Source of the DNA: Callorhinchus milii
Taxonomy: Eukaryota
Length of the DNA stretch: 64,000 bases
Reading direction: 5' to 3'
NCBI RefSeq assembly: GCF_018977255.1
Contig: NW_024704742.1
Coordinates: 102,922,001 to 102,986,000, forward strand
Part shown: in pieces, positions 1-12,632 of the stretch
Layout of the letters: each line of letters begins with the position of its first letter
Position numbering within the stretch: the first letter of the stretch is position 1
Program-made: the position numbers and the translations under genes
The notes under the pieces: generated by a model
Database searches by the model: none
The model's input: the letters and a program-made list of their open reading frames with translations, nothing else
What the model was told of the DNA's origin: nothing

Positions 1-440
1 TATTTAAATGCAATTTTGTTGTAAATGAGAAAAAGTTGGTGCACTTTAATTTAAGAAGGTGCCTGTTAACAACCCTCACTAGATTTTCCTTTTCATGGAA
101 ATGTCATATGAATGTCATTTCTTTCACACTTTAAAATTGTTGATATAAGTAGAGACAACTTCTTTAACATTTTGGAGACCCTTCTTTACTGTGCTTGCAA
201 ATTGTAATGTGTTATTTCATGGGATATTTTACTGTCACACAACCACTATATGTCAATCAGTACATTTTGATGGTTTTGAAACCCTTTGTCGATGTTTCAT
301 TTAACAATGTAAAGTAATTTTCAAATATATATTTTGATAACTGTAGTTTTTATTAAAGATTGGATGTTATTTTTGGCAGTTACTTTAATAAACCATATAA
401 ACCTTATTTGTGTAAATGTTTTAAGTAATGTTTGTGATTG
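1..440 (+). other. Possible end of the 3' UTR of an upstream gene
   Basis: T-rich, no recognisable repeats; ATTAAA 352-357 and AATAAA 387-392 followed by GT-rich sequence. Human gene order would suggest CDO1, but no coding sequence is visible. Confidence 0.35.
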
Positions 441-986
441 TTAACATTTCAGTTGTGATTATATTGAAGGATGTGAAACAATGAGCAGTGGCTCAATCTG
501 TAGCTAAAATTGATAGAAAATAATAGATTCTGCCTATATTGTACTGGAGAATTCATGATGGTCTTGGTTCAAATCTTCTCACCAACCTTCAACTGCCTAA
601 TATAATACAGGTGACACATTATGATTCAGCTATTTATCTGAACCTTAGCCTGTTAAGTATCAGTAAATCATGCTTATGAAAATTTATTATAGGCTGAAGG
701 TTAAGGATTTTCTGATAGAAAATAAATCGTACCTTAATTAAACCCCCTTTCGGGGATTGATCACAAGCAGCTGTTTGGGCGTTTGACGAGTTTTTATTTT
801 GGGGTTTCTTTAGGACAGTTCTCAAACTTTGTCATAGTGTGCCTTCCTAAGATGAGCAAAACAACAATTGTGTCTCTGCATAGTTTACTTACTAAAACAA
901 TACAAATAACTGAGAATCCTAAATATGAATATGAGCGATAAAATAGAAGAGCTTTGATCAACATAAGTTTTATTTAAAAATATAAG

Positions 987-1492
987 TTCAGCAACCACTC
1001 GGGACTGGAATAAAGTGGCCTTTATGTAAGGGTGGCCAAAGTGGACCCATGTGTAGATTCCCACTAGACTCAGCACATTTACTAACACTGTCTCATTGGT
1101 GAAGCGGGAAGCTGTGAGCATCACGTGGGCTGCTCATGCAGGTTTTGGTAAATGCGCTAAGAGTCTAGCATGAGTCTATACATAGGGCTTAGGAAATTGG
1201 TAATGCATTATTGGAAGTATGTTAAAAATTAAAAATACAGTCACTCCAATTTACAGTGAAGCGCTTTGAGAGATATCTTGATGTAATAAGGCACTATATC
1301 AAATGTAAGCATTATCATAAATTCACTTAGAACTGGCTGCTGAAAAGGGTGTCTGTACACTGACAGGGCTGGATAAAGAGTGCCCAATGGTTGCATTAGA
1401 TGAGTGGTTGCTGAACAGAGGTGGTTTATTATGGGAAAATTGGTCAGGACTGTTGTTGCGAGCAGGTGGGTGCTTTAACAGCTTTGACTGTA
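987..1492. mobile_element. Degenerate pogo/Tigger-like MITE with internal palindrome, interrupted by a SINE tail
   Basis: ttcagcaaccactc (987-1000) is the exact reverse complement of 1402-1415; imperfect palindrome 1046-1088 / 1141-1187; right end ctttgactg|TA. Confidence 0.55.
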
Positions 1493-1599
1493 GTTAACAG
1501 TCTGAGTGTCCAAAGTACTCATTTCATAATAAAACACCTTTTGTGTTATGGCTCTGTTCAAAAAGAGCATGAATTACAACAGCTAAAATAAAACCATCA

Positions 1600-2310
1600 T
1601 CAGAGTGACTCAGGCCAATAATTGGTCTGCACCTCTGGCAATGAGTTCCTGGTACCTGCCATCCATCTAGTCAGGGTGAAAGCTTGAGCTTGTTGGATGT
1701 CAAATGACCAACCAGTGACTATTCTCTTTAGGAAGGAGGTAAGCGGTGTCTGCTTAGAGCTGAATTGGCTCCAAGGCGACATAAAAACGGAATGTCAGAA
1801 TTGAGCCCACACTCTGTGGTGGCCTTGGCAGTCCAGTTCCTGAAACAGGCAGGTATACAGAACTCAAGGGCACTGCTGGTAACAGCCCAGCCAGCCTGGC
1901 TCATCAGTAGGATTTAGAAGGACAGATCAGTCACTGAGGGTATGTACTCTTCCTCCTCAGCTCCCATTAATCCTGTAAGCCAAAGCTCTAAGGGATAGGG
2001 TAGTCCTCACTGGACCCAACATTGCCAAGCAGTGCTCTCAATGGCAAGCTATGTGGTTTTAGCTGATTAGACTCCAGCAGTACTCCAAGGCACACTTTAG
2101 GATCCCCTTGCCAACCTACGCCTAATACTCTCTGGAATTTGGTAGCAGCATACATCGTTCGAGGGAGTGAGTGTACATTTAATTTCCATAAATATCTCTG
2201 GAATTTCCATCTACAGGTGGGATGCTTGGATCTCTCAGTTTGGTTTGGATACTATTAAGCATGGTGATGGGTTTCCACGTGTCAGATACCCAGCTGATTA
2301 AAACAAAAAT
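1600..2310 (-). mobile_element. Old L2 5' region including the conserved 5' module
   Basis: 2195-2305 is homologous (reverse strand) to the 5' ends of the L2 copies at 21620 and 34767; the extent toward 1600 is uncertain. Confidence 0.45.
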
Positions 2311-2349
2311 AGCACATCTGAAAGTATTTTTCCACTTGCCCACCTAAAA

Positions 2350-3296
2350 ATTCATGTCATCCGCAGACATGGGGTAAACTTCCACATGTATGTGGATAAC
2401 ACACAAATCTATTTTGCCTCCTCCAGTATCATCTCCAGGTCCATCAATGTTCTATCTGACAGACATCAGGGCCTGGATGAGTGTAAACTTCCTGCAGCTG
2501 AAATGTGTCCAAGACAGAAGCCATACTCCTTGGCTCCTGTCAACGTCTTCACTCCTATAGATTTTAACTCCTCAACCTCCCTGGGCTATCCTTCCCACTC
2601 ACCGAACCAATGCGCAACATAGGGGTCCTTCCTACCCCACATCCAGTCCCTGACCAGGACCGCCTTCCTCCACCTCTGGCACTTTGGCCGCTCTGACCAT
2701 ACTTTACCCCAAATGCAGCCAAAACCCTCATGCATGCATTTGTCACCTCCCACCTGGATTACTCAAACACACTCCTTGCCGGTCTCCCCAGCTCCACTAT
2801 TCACAAGATCCAGCTCATGCAGAACTCTGCCACCCACAAACTTACCCAGACCAAACTCTATCCACATCTCACCAATTCTGGCCAGGCTCCACCTGCTCTC
2901 CATCACCAAAAGAATCAACTTCAAGATCCTCACACTTGTGTTCAAATCCTTTCACTCTCTGGCATCTCCCTACGTCTCTGATCTCCTCACTCCCCAATCC
3001 ACCACCCAGCGCCATCACTCGACTGGCACCAGCCTCCTAGTCATCCTTTGCACCCTCCACCCCACTATCGGAAGATGAGCTTTCACCCACTATGCCCCGA
3101 AACTCTGGAACACTCTCCCTCAATCTCTCAGCTTTGCCTTCTCTCCCTTTCTTCAAGTTCCGCCTGAAAACCTTCCTCTTTGACCCTGGTTACAGCCATT
3201 TTCACCCCCGGCTCAGAGTCGAGCTCCGCCACTGTTAAGCGCTCTCAGACTGTTCCTTGCATGGAGGGAGTTATATAAATGCAAGCTGTTGTTGTT
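2350..3296 (+). mobile_element. L2 LINE, degenerate 3' part
   Basis: FHMYVDNTQ, HAFVTSHLDYSNTLL and RINFKIL remnants; (GTT)n tail. Confidence 0.85.
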
Positions 3297-3334
3297 AACA
3301 AGCAAAATCTTTAGTGGCTAAAGTGATTTAACCC

Positions 3335-3630
3335 TTGCATTTGATATAAGGTTTTTTCACGTCTTCTAGGCGTCTTAAAGTACTTCACAGAATGTACTGC
3401 AAAGTGAATTGACTGTATATTTGTGGGCGAAACGCGGCAGCCAATTGCGCAAAGCATGACCCACAAACAATCGTGGATTGAAATAACCAATTTATTATTG
3501 TTTTTTTCTTGAGATTATTGTCAGGCATGTGGAGTAAGGAAACTTGCCCAAGATTTCGCCCTGCCTGGAATCAAACCCAGGTCTCTTGCTTGCGAGCCGG
3601 GGGCTCTAACCACTGAGCTATAGGATTCCA
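3335..3630 (-). mobile_element. tRNA-derived SINE (older copy)
   Basis: Head TAGCTCAGTGGTTAGAGC...GGTTTGATTCC on the - strand; body and L2-like tail match the other copies. Confidence 0.85.
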
Positions 3631-4229
3631 AACTGGTTTAGCCCAAATTCACACTTGCTAGCTGCTAGTGAGCATGCTCTCCAATATGACTCAATGGAAA
3701 CTTTGAGAACTTTTGGTTAGAATAAGAGATTTCTCAACTAGTGTTGCCAAACAAAAGCATTGGCACAAAAGTGCGTTTTGCAACATTTTTATGTTACTTT
3801 GAAAGATCAAAAAAAGTTTAATCATTGCCAATAAATGAGGCTGGGAACATTTTTGACATTGATGTAACATGTTCTGAACTCTTAAACATCTGGAGTCTGC
3901 CCACAACCAGCATGAGACTAGTAAAAACAAGACGATAGTTTCACTGACTCCATCTACCCGATTATATAAAAAAAATCCATAGTGGCTAAAGTGATTTAAC
4001 CCCTTTCTTTCCAAATGTATTTCATCCTCATTTTTTTCCCGGTGACTTTTGGTCAAAGAACTCCACTGGGTCAGTACCAACAAAGCCCTTCATGGATGCG
4101 TGATTCAACATTGAGCTTGGCCACTGGCTTGGCCCAAATTCCTGCTTGTCAGTTGATAGTGAGAATTCTCCATTAGTGGAAGGTAAGCAAGTTTTCTCGG
4201 AGTCACACTGGTTCCATGATGACCTGTGG

Positions 4230-4900
4230 CTCACTGTGTCAAAGCAGTGTGAGGCAGCGATAAACAAGATGCAGGGCTATATTGCTAAATCAGTTGAGTT
4301 TGGATATCAAGACATCATACTCAGGTTGTGTAGAGCTGTGGTCACACAACACCTTCAATGTCATGCTGGACACAGTTCTGTTACCGCAATACACGGAGGC
4401 TGTCCAGGTCCTAGAGGCAGTGCAACAACAGCAACAAGATTACAGTTGTGTAGCACCTTTCACGTCGGGAGGACATCCCAAAGGAGAACAATGAGGATGA
4501 TCCCAGTGTTAGAGGAATCAGCATATGGAAAGATTAGACAAGCTAGGGCTTCAGCCTTGGGAGCAAATAACTCAGAGGGGACTTCATAAAGGTGCATAAT
4601 ATATTAAATTGGATTGGAAAAAACCCAGATCAATAGTTCAGGATGGATTGAGGCAGTAGAACAAGAGGACATAGAAGTAGAATTGTAAAGGGCAATTTCA
4701 GGACAGACTCCAGGAAGGTTTCTTTTATGCAGAGGGTAATCAACAACTGGAACACTCTACCAGAAAAGGTGGTAGAAGCCAGGAAACTGGACTCATTTAA
4801 AAAGATGCTTGATAGTGTGATAAGGGAACGATAGGTTGGGTGTTCTGGAAGGATGAGTTTGTGTTGGCTGAAGGGCCTTCTTCATCCTGAGGATCCTGTG
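4230..4900 (+). mobile_element. CR1 LINE, degenerate 3' part with a short L2 tail inserted
   Basis: QCEAAINKMQGYIAKSVEF..IILRLCRAVVTQHLQ resembles the CR1 ORF2 C-terminus; minus-strand L2 tail at ~4424-4484. Confidence 0.75.
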
Positions 4901-5039
4901 ACATGCCTGGTGAAGGGAGAGTGGAGCTGGATCAGCTTTCTGTAGTGCTCTCAGTACTTTTTCAGCAGGCCTGCAGTACTCTAGGACACCAGTACCTAAG
5001 TCAGCCTTGCTAGCTGGCAGTGCTGGGGATGGGGGGGAG

Positions 5040-5330
5040 GCATCACTGGATTGTTAGAGGTGGCATTCTTTGGATGAGATGTTAAACCAAGGTTCCATCT
5101 GCCTGCTCTGGTGGATGTTGAAGATCTAATGTCACTTTGGTAAAGGGAAGGCAGTTTCTCCCAGTTTCCTGGACAATATTCCCCCATTCACTTATTGGTT
5201 GTTTGTGGGTCATTGCAGTGTGCAAATTGACTGCTACATTTGCCTACAACATTTACAATAAATTCTATGAAGCATTTTGAGATGTACTCCTGAAGTGAAA
5301 GCTGCTATATAATACGCAAAGACTATTATT
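5040..5330 (+). mobile_element. Deu-domain SINE (SacSINE1/AmnSINE1-like)
   Basis: GAGGTGGCATTCTTTGGATGAGATGTTAAACCAAGG...GGTGGATGTTGAAGATC, recognised as the Deu domain; L2-like tail. Confidence 0.75.
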
Positions 5331-6094
5331 TACCTAGGAAAACAGAAACATAGGAATGCACAAGACTGGAAATGGTCAGTGCAGTTCATCAAGTTCTTTT
5401 CTAAATGCATTGATCAATAACTCATACACCTCAATTAAATACTTACAATTCCCTCCTGAATTTTCTCCATCACCTCACCACATAACTCATTCCATGTATT
5501 CAGCACCCTCTGTAGACTAGTTAAATATAAACAATGTTATCAATGTGGTAGGAATTGTAAACAGGGTTTGTCCCATTAGCTTACAGCTCATATCGTGCAA
5601 ACCAAGAACCTAACTTGCTTGTACAAACATTTCTGTTGATTTAAGGGGTCAATGGCAACATCACAGGAAATATGTATTTACAAACCTAAAATTAAGGGGC
5701 TTGCAAAATATCTGCATCACGGTGCCCACAAAACACTCCTATTGGTAGATGAATTGATTCGGCCAAATGTCCTTCATTTGTGCTATAACTTTCTGGCTGA
5801 GAGGTTATCCAAGGAATTTGGAATGAGGATGATCCCAATGTTAGAAGAATCAGCATATGGAAAGATTAGACAAGCTAGGGCTTCAGCCTTGAGAGCAGAT
5901 AACTCAGCTACAAATCACCTCAGCAAGCACCTCCCCACCGACTCCTCTAACTTGCTGACATCCCACCCTCCTACCCAACCCCTTCGATTGGCCAGCATGT
6001 GCATCTGCACATCCCCTGCTCCTCCGTTCCACCATTGGTGACCATGCTTTCAGCCACTATGCCCGGCACCTGTGGAAATCCCAATCTCATCAAT

Positions 6095-7290
6095 AACAAC
6101 AACAAATTATATTTGTATAGGTCCTTTCATGTCCTGACAAATATATACAAATATAATTTGGAGCTGGGGAGTCAGGAATTTGGACCCAAGAAGGGGGTTA
6201 GGATCAGTGGGGTGGAACACAGAATGTGTAAGTTGGTTCCGAAGGTGCAGTCAAAGAGGAGGGTCTTGAAACATGACTTAAAGGAGGCAAGGGAAGAAGA
6301 GAGGCTGTGGGATGGAGTTCCAAAGGGTGAGAGCAGAGTGGCTGAAGATCCAACTGCTGATGGTGGGGCAGGCCGGGTGGGGGACTTGGAGCAGGCCAGA
6401 GCCTGTTGAGTGGAGGGATTAGATATGTTGATATAGGGTTAGTACGTCACAGAGGTGGGAAGGAGCAGAGCTGTGGAGGGCCTTGAAGGTGAGGACGAAG
6501 AGTTTGAACTCTATCTATCCTCTGGGGACAGGGAGCCAGTGGAGCCAGGCTAGAGTGGGGGTGATAGGGTCATGGAGCACAAGCTGCAGAGTTTTGGATG
6601 ATCTGCAGCTTGTGGAGGGAAGAGTTGTGAAGGCCGATAAGCAGGGAGTTGGTGTAGTCGAGCCTATATGTGATAAATACATGATGAGGGTTTCGGCAGC
6701 CTGAGGGGAAAGGCAGTAGTGGAACTGGGCAATGTTGCAGAGGTGGGGGAAGGCAGAGCGGGTTATGTGATAAGGGGCAGAAAGGACAGTTGAGGGTCAA
6801 ACAAACGTCCAAGGTTCTGGACTAGCTCAGTGAGGGAGTGTGCATCAGTTGATGATGATGATGCTGTCAGTGCCTGAGGTGTGGAGATGCTGACAGAAGC
6901 CAATCAGGAGAGTCTTGGTTTTATTGATGTTCAATTGGAGAAAGTTAGCTCTCATCCAGGTCTTGATGTCTGATGGCCCTGGAGTCGAGGGAGGAGGCAG
7001 AGAGATAGAGTTGGGTGTCATCTGCATACATGTGGAAGTTGACCCCATGTCTGCGGGTGATGTCACCAAGAGGGAGCATGTACAGTTTGAAGAGAAAAGG
7101 ACCAAAGACAGAGCCCTGAGGAACACCACACGAGACAGTGTGGGGGCTGGAAGAGAAGCCGTTTGTGGAAACAAAGTAAAGATAATGTGAAAGGTAGGAT
7201 CTGAACCAGTAAAGGACAGAACATGAAGGCTGAGGTGAGAGGAAAGGCAGTAAAGGAGGATAGAGTGGTCAACAGTGTCAAAAATTCTGT
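6095..7290 (-). mobile_element. L2 LINE, degenerate
   Basis: [25 protein letters not shown] and RLDYTNSLLIGL; (AAC)n tail at ~6095. Confidence 0.85.
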
Positions 7291-8384
7291 CATGATCTCA
7301 ATCCCTCTGTCTTGCATTTGATATAGCACCTTATCACGTCTTTGAGACTTCATAAGTCAAATGGTCTTTATTCCTTCAGTGCTCACTTCCATTCTAGGAC
7401 ATGCAATACCAGGAGCTGATAAAAGAGTAAGTGGAGTGATACACTTTAAATAGCATATTAAAAGCACTAGTGGACTTATGCAGTGGGTGATTCAATTTCA
7501 GGGTTCTTCAATATGGTGAGTCAACACCAAATTCTTCAATCAGCCTGAGCCTTAACGTAAATTCCAAGATTTCAGTTATGTTCTCTTGAACTTGTAAACG
7601 TGATTTTGTAACACTAATTCCTACAATGCCAGTTATGGCATCGGCAATATTACAGGGAGAGCATCCTTTACCGTAATCACTCATGGTGTTTCCAAGTTGA
7701 AAACAGATGAAAATGACTATAATTTGGCACTCTACAGAATTTGGTAGAAACTGGCACTGCCTGGCTAGTATTGAAAGTGAAAAATCTCAGTGTTGCAATG
7801 TTCTTTTAAGACTTGTGTTAAGGAGTCCTGCTGAGAAAGGACACTTTAACATTAACATTCCCTCATCTTGATGAACCCAAATATTTATTAAATAATATAA
7901 ACTTAAAGAAAGAACTTGCATTCATATCGCATTCAAGACACCTCAAAGTGCTTCACGGGTAATTACTGCCAAGTGTAGTGACTTTTTTTGGACAATTAAA
8001 ATAAGATGGTTTTGTGCTCAATTGTTTTTAAATTTCCTGAAAATAAGTGGAAATTGATCAACTGAAATCTAACAGGTAATTTTAAACCAAGTCAGTCTGA
8101 TATCAGCTTGTGTTCAGCCATGACGAACAGACAACGTCATAATTGTAAGTAGCTTATTTGAAGGAACTGTAAAGAATTACAAACACTTATCACTGGGTGC
8201 AGACTGTGTTTAGTGGTATCCTATTAGAAGCATCCATTTTTGTGATATTTTTCAAATGTAGTAAACAGCGGGAAGGTAAGGCTCTCTAGTCGAGTCCTGT
8301 TTGAAATGCTGTACACTGTCAAGTGCCTTGGGTCGTCCTCCCACGTAAAAAGTACTATACAAATGTAATGTTGTTGTTGTTGCA

Positions 8385-9115
8385 GGTCTCAACTCCTCAA
8401 CCTCCCTGGGCTCTCCCTCAGACTCACCAAATTCGGGTGCAACTTAGGTGTCAGGTTCGAGCCCCAGCTTTCATTTCTCACCCACATCCGTTCCCTGACC
8501 AGGGCCACTTTTTTCCACCTCCGCCACATTGCCCACCTCCGTCTGTACCTCACAACTGATTCAGTTGAAGCCCTCATCCACGCCTTCGTTACTTCCGGCT
8601 GGACTATTCCAATTCCCTCCTCGCTGATCTCCCCAGCTTCATCATACACAAAATCCAATTAATTAAAAACTCCACAACCCGGATCTCACTGAATGAAACT
8701 CTGTACCCCCATCACACCAGTGCTTGCTAGGGTCCACTGGCTCCCAATCACCAAATGGATTGATTTCAAGATCCTCTCACTCTTTTTTAAATCACTTCAT
8801 TTCCTAGCACCTCCCTACCTATCTGTCTTGCTTAACCCCCACTCAACCACTCGCTGCCTCTGCTCAGCTGGCTCTGGCCTCCGCTCCACCATCGGTGGCT
8901 GTGCCTTCAGCTGCTATGCCCCGAAACTCTGGAAATCTCTCCCTCGATCTCCCTCGCCAGCTTCAAATTCGCCTAAAGACCTTCCTTTTTGATTGTGCTT
9001 ACGGTCACCTCCCACCTCCCTCTCCCCTTGGCTCGTTGTCAGACTCTGCTACTGTGAGTGCTTCGGGACGCTACCCCACATGAAGGGCGCTATATAAATG
9101 CAAGTCTTTGTTGTA
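8385..9115 (+). mobile_element. L2 LINE, degenerate 3' part
   Basis: ITPVLARVHWLPITKWIDFKIL and TIGGCAFSCYAPKLW; 3' stem-loop tail. Confidence 0.85.
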
Positions 9116-9699
9116 GTATTTGACTTGTGTGCACAAAAACAGGAGCATATTGTAAAGTACTTGCACAAGAACAAAGGGAGTTTTTCTTCCCATTTCCATT
9201 AAAGATAATTTTCCTATCTTTCTCTCTGTACCACTAGTGCTGGCTGGTCAGATGAGACAAATGAGGCACTGCTTCACCTAGAATTTCCATGTCTTGCGGC
9301 GAGCCTTGTGAGACCAGCAAACAGGAGCTGAGCAAATTGCGGGAACAAGGCCAGCAGGTGGTTGGGGACAGAGAACAAGTAGGCACTGACACGGGAGAAA
9401 GGTCGGCTGGTGAGCGGGACTGGTGAAGGAGCAAAGACCAAGGGGAGAGAGGCCAAGACATTGTGCATGCAAGAAGGGCCCATTGCCAAACAAGAAGGTC
9501 ACCAGTGACCACTGATGTACACCCACTCTCCTGTTCCGTATACCATCCTCCTAGTGACAGAACAGCTGTCTTAGCTCAAGCCGGCTGAGCAGAGGGAGTG
9601 GATGGGTTGCTAGGGGTTTAGGAGGTCGCAGAGGTAGGGTGAGGCAAGGCCATGGAGGGCTTTGTAGGTGAGGACCAGGATCTTGATCTGGATCCTCTG

Positions 9700-10135
9700 A
9701 TCAGACTTTTGAGGGAGAGAATTCCAGATTTCTACCACCCTTTGAGTGAAAAAATGCTTCCTGATTTCACTCTTAAATGGCCTGGTTCTAATTTTAAGAC
9801 TGTACCCTCTTGTTTTGGATTCCCCACCAGAGAAAATAGCTTCTCTTATCTACCCTATCAAATCCCTTTATCATCTTAAATACCTTAATCAAATCACCTC
9901 TCAACCTCCTAAACTCAAGGGAATACAATCCAACTTTGCGCAGCCTTTCCTTGTAACTTAACCCTGTTAGGCCTGGTAACATTCTGGTGAACCTACCCTG
10001 CAACTCCTCCAGGGCCAATATATCTTTCCTGAGGTGTGGTGTCCAAAACTGAACGCAGTGCTCCAGATGGGTCTGATTAACGCTCTTTTCAGCTGAAGCA
10101 TCATTTCTTCCCCTTTGTTTTCCAGGCCCCTTGGA
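9700..10135 (-). mobile_element. CR1 LINE fragment
   Basis: HLEHCVQFWTPHLRKDILALEELQGRFTRMLPGL...RRLRGDLIKVFK. Confidence 0.85.
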
Positions 10136-10170
10136 ATACAAAGCGGAAGAAATCTATATTTGGAGGTTAA

Positions 10171-11781
10171 AACATAAGAACATAAGAATTAGGAGCAGGA
10201 GTAGGCCATTCGGCCCTTCTTGCCTGCTCCGCCATTCAATAAGATCATGGCTGATCTTCTCACCTAACTCTGATTACCTGCCCTATCCCTATATCCCCTA
10301 ATCCCTCTATTTTTCAAGAATCTATCAGTCTCAGCCTTGAAAATGTTCAAGGACTGAGCATCTACAGCCTTCTGGGGTAGTGAATTCCATAAGTTCACTA
10401 CCCTCTGAGTGAAGAAATGTTTCCTCAACTCTGTTCTAAAAGGCTGACCCTTAATTTTAAGACTGTGACCCCTGGTTATAGATTCTCCTACCAGGGGAAA
10501 CAGTCCCTCTGTGTCTACTTTATCTAGCCCTTTAAGAATCTTATAAGTTTCAATAATATCCCCCCTAATTCTTCTGTACTCTAGAGAATACAGCCCTAGT
10601 TTATTCAGCCTATCCTCATAGGTCAGTCCCCTCATCCCAGGAACTAACCGAGTGAATCTACGCTGCACCCCCTCTAGGGCAAGTATGTCCTTTTTTAAAT
10701 AAGGAGACCAAAACTGCACACAATACTCTAGGTGCGGTCTCACCAAAGCCCTATACAGTTGCAGCAAGACTTCCCTACTCTTATATTCTAAACCTTTCGA
10801 AATGAACGCTAACATGCCGTTCGCCTTCTTAGTTGCTTGCTGCACCTGCAAACTAACTTTTTGGGACTGGTGTACAAGGACACCCAAATCCCTTTGAATA
10901 CTAACTCTATCTAACTTCTCCCCTTCCAGAAAATAATCTGTTCTTTTATTCTTGCTACCTAGGTGAATAATTTCACACTTGCTAACATTGAATTCCATCT
11001 GCCACCTACTTGCCCACTCCCCGAGCCTATCTATATCTTGTTGCAATCTTTTTGCATCATCCTGAGAGCTCACTCTGCTACCCAGTTTAGTATCATCCGC
11101 GAATTTAGACACATTACATTCAATGTCCTCGTCCAGATCATTGATGTAAATGGTAAATAGCTGAGGCCCAAGCACTGATCCTTGTGGCACTCCACTAGTT
11201 ACATCCTGCCAATTCGAGAATGATCCGTTTATCACTACTCTCTGCTTTCTACCCGATAGCCACTCTTCTATCCATGTTAATATTTTCCCATTAATCCCGT
11301 GGGCCTTGATCTTGAGTAACAGCCTTTTGTGTGGCACCTTGTCAAATGCCTTCCTAAAATCCAAATATACCACATCTACTGGTTCCCCCTTATCCAACCT
11401 GCTGGATACATCCTTAAAAAATTCTAAAAGGTTAGTCAAGCATGACTTCCCTTTTGTAAAGCCATGTTGACTCTGCCTAATCTTTTTATGGTCTTCCAGG
11501 TATCCCATAACTACGTCTTTTATTAAGGACTCAAGAATTTTCCCTACAACTGACGTCAAACTAACTGGTCTATAGTTTTCCCTATTTTCTCTCCCACCCT
11601 TCTTAAATAGTGGAGTTACGTTTGCAATCTTCCAATCAATGGGAACTTTTCCAGTATCCACAGACTTTTGGAAGATTATAGACATGCCATCTACTATCTC
11701 AGTAGCCACCTCCTTTAAAACTCTCAGATGCAGGCCATCCGGTCCAGGGGATTTATCGGTTTTAAGACCCGACAAAACCAT
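10171..11781 (-). mobile_element. Young 5'-truncated CR1 LINE with an uninterrupted RT frame (10264-11781)
   Basis: 505-aa open frame with [41 protein letters not shown] and the CR1 C-terminus; 3' UTR ends in (TTCTTATG)n. Confidence 0.95.
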
Positions 11782-12009
11782 CTATATCTTATTATCTAAC
11801 TTGGTCTCAATAAAAGGTTTAATTAAACCACAACATTATTTTATTACAGGCCTAACCCTGTTCAAGCGAAATCAAGCAATGATGTAGACATAAATCAATA
11901 AATAATCTCTCTTAACACTTTGCCTCCGGAAATTAGAAATTATGTGAAGTGTTCTTTTTTTCCTGGAAGTTGTGTCTGTGGTTATTCATTTTTGTTCAGG
12001 AAATTGACT

Positions 12010-12632
12010 AACAACAACAACAACAGGATTGCATTTATAGAGCGCCTTTCACGTCGGGAGGACGTCCCAAGGCACTGGACAGTTGGGTCGGGACCTGAGC
12101 TTTGGGGGGAAATGGTCAGGGTGAGGGGAGGGAAGGGAAGGAGCGAGGAGGAGGTAGAAAGTCGAGAGGGGAGCTGAAGGCACGGTCAAAGAGAAAGGTC
12201 TTGAGACCGGCCTTGAAGGAGGAAAGGGAGGAGGCGGCGAAGGCACTGGGGGATGGAGTTCCAGAGCCTGGGGGCTGAGAGGCTGAAGGCCCGGCCACCG
12301 ATGGTAGGGCGGTTGGGGCGGGGGATGTGGAGCAGACTGGAGCCAGAGGAACGGAGGGTACGGGCAGGTAGATAGGGGGATAGTAGGTCGGAGAGGTAGG
12401 AGGGAGCGAGACCGTGAATGGCCTTGTAGGTGAGGATGAGGATCTTGAATTCGATCCTCTGGGGGATGGGGAGCCAGTGGAGGCGAGCGATGGTGGGAGT
12501 GATGTGGTCCCGAAGCCTGGTGCGGGACAGTACACGAGCTGCAGAGCTCCGAATGACCTGCAGCTTGTGGAGGGAGGTGCCGGGAAGGTCAACGAGGAGG
12601 GAGTTTCCGTAGTCCAGCCTTGAGGTGATAAA
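12010..12632 (-). mobile_element. L2 host element, 3' half
   Basis: [13 protein letters not shown]...[14 protein letters not shown]; stem-loop and (GTT)n tail; continues the copy at 14270-15905. Confidence 0.9.

Noticed and set aside
743..755. CCCC-TTTC-GGGG hairpin resembling a bacterial terminator
   Set aside because: Eukaryotic context, 4-bp stem and no adjacent U-tract.
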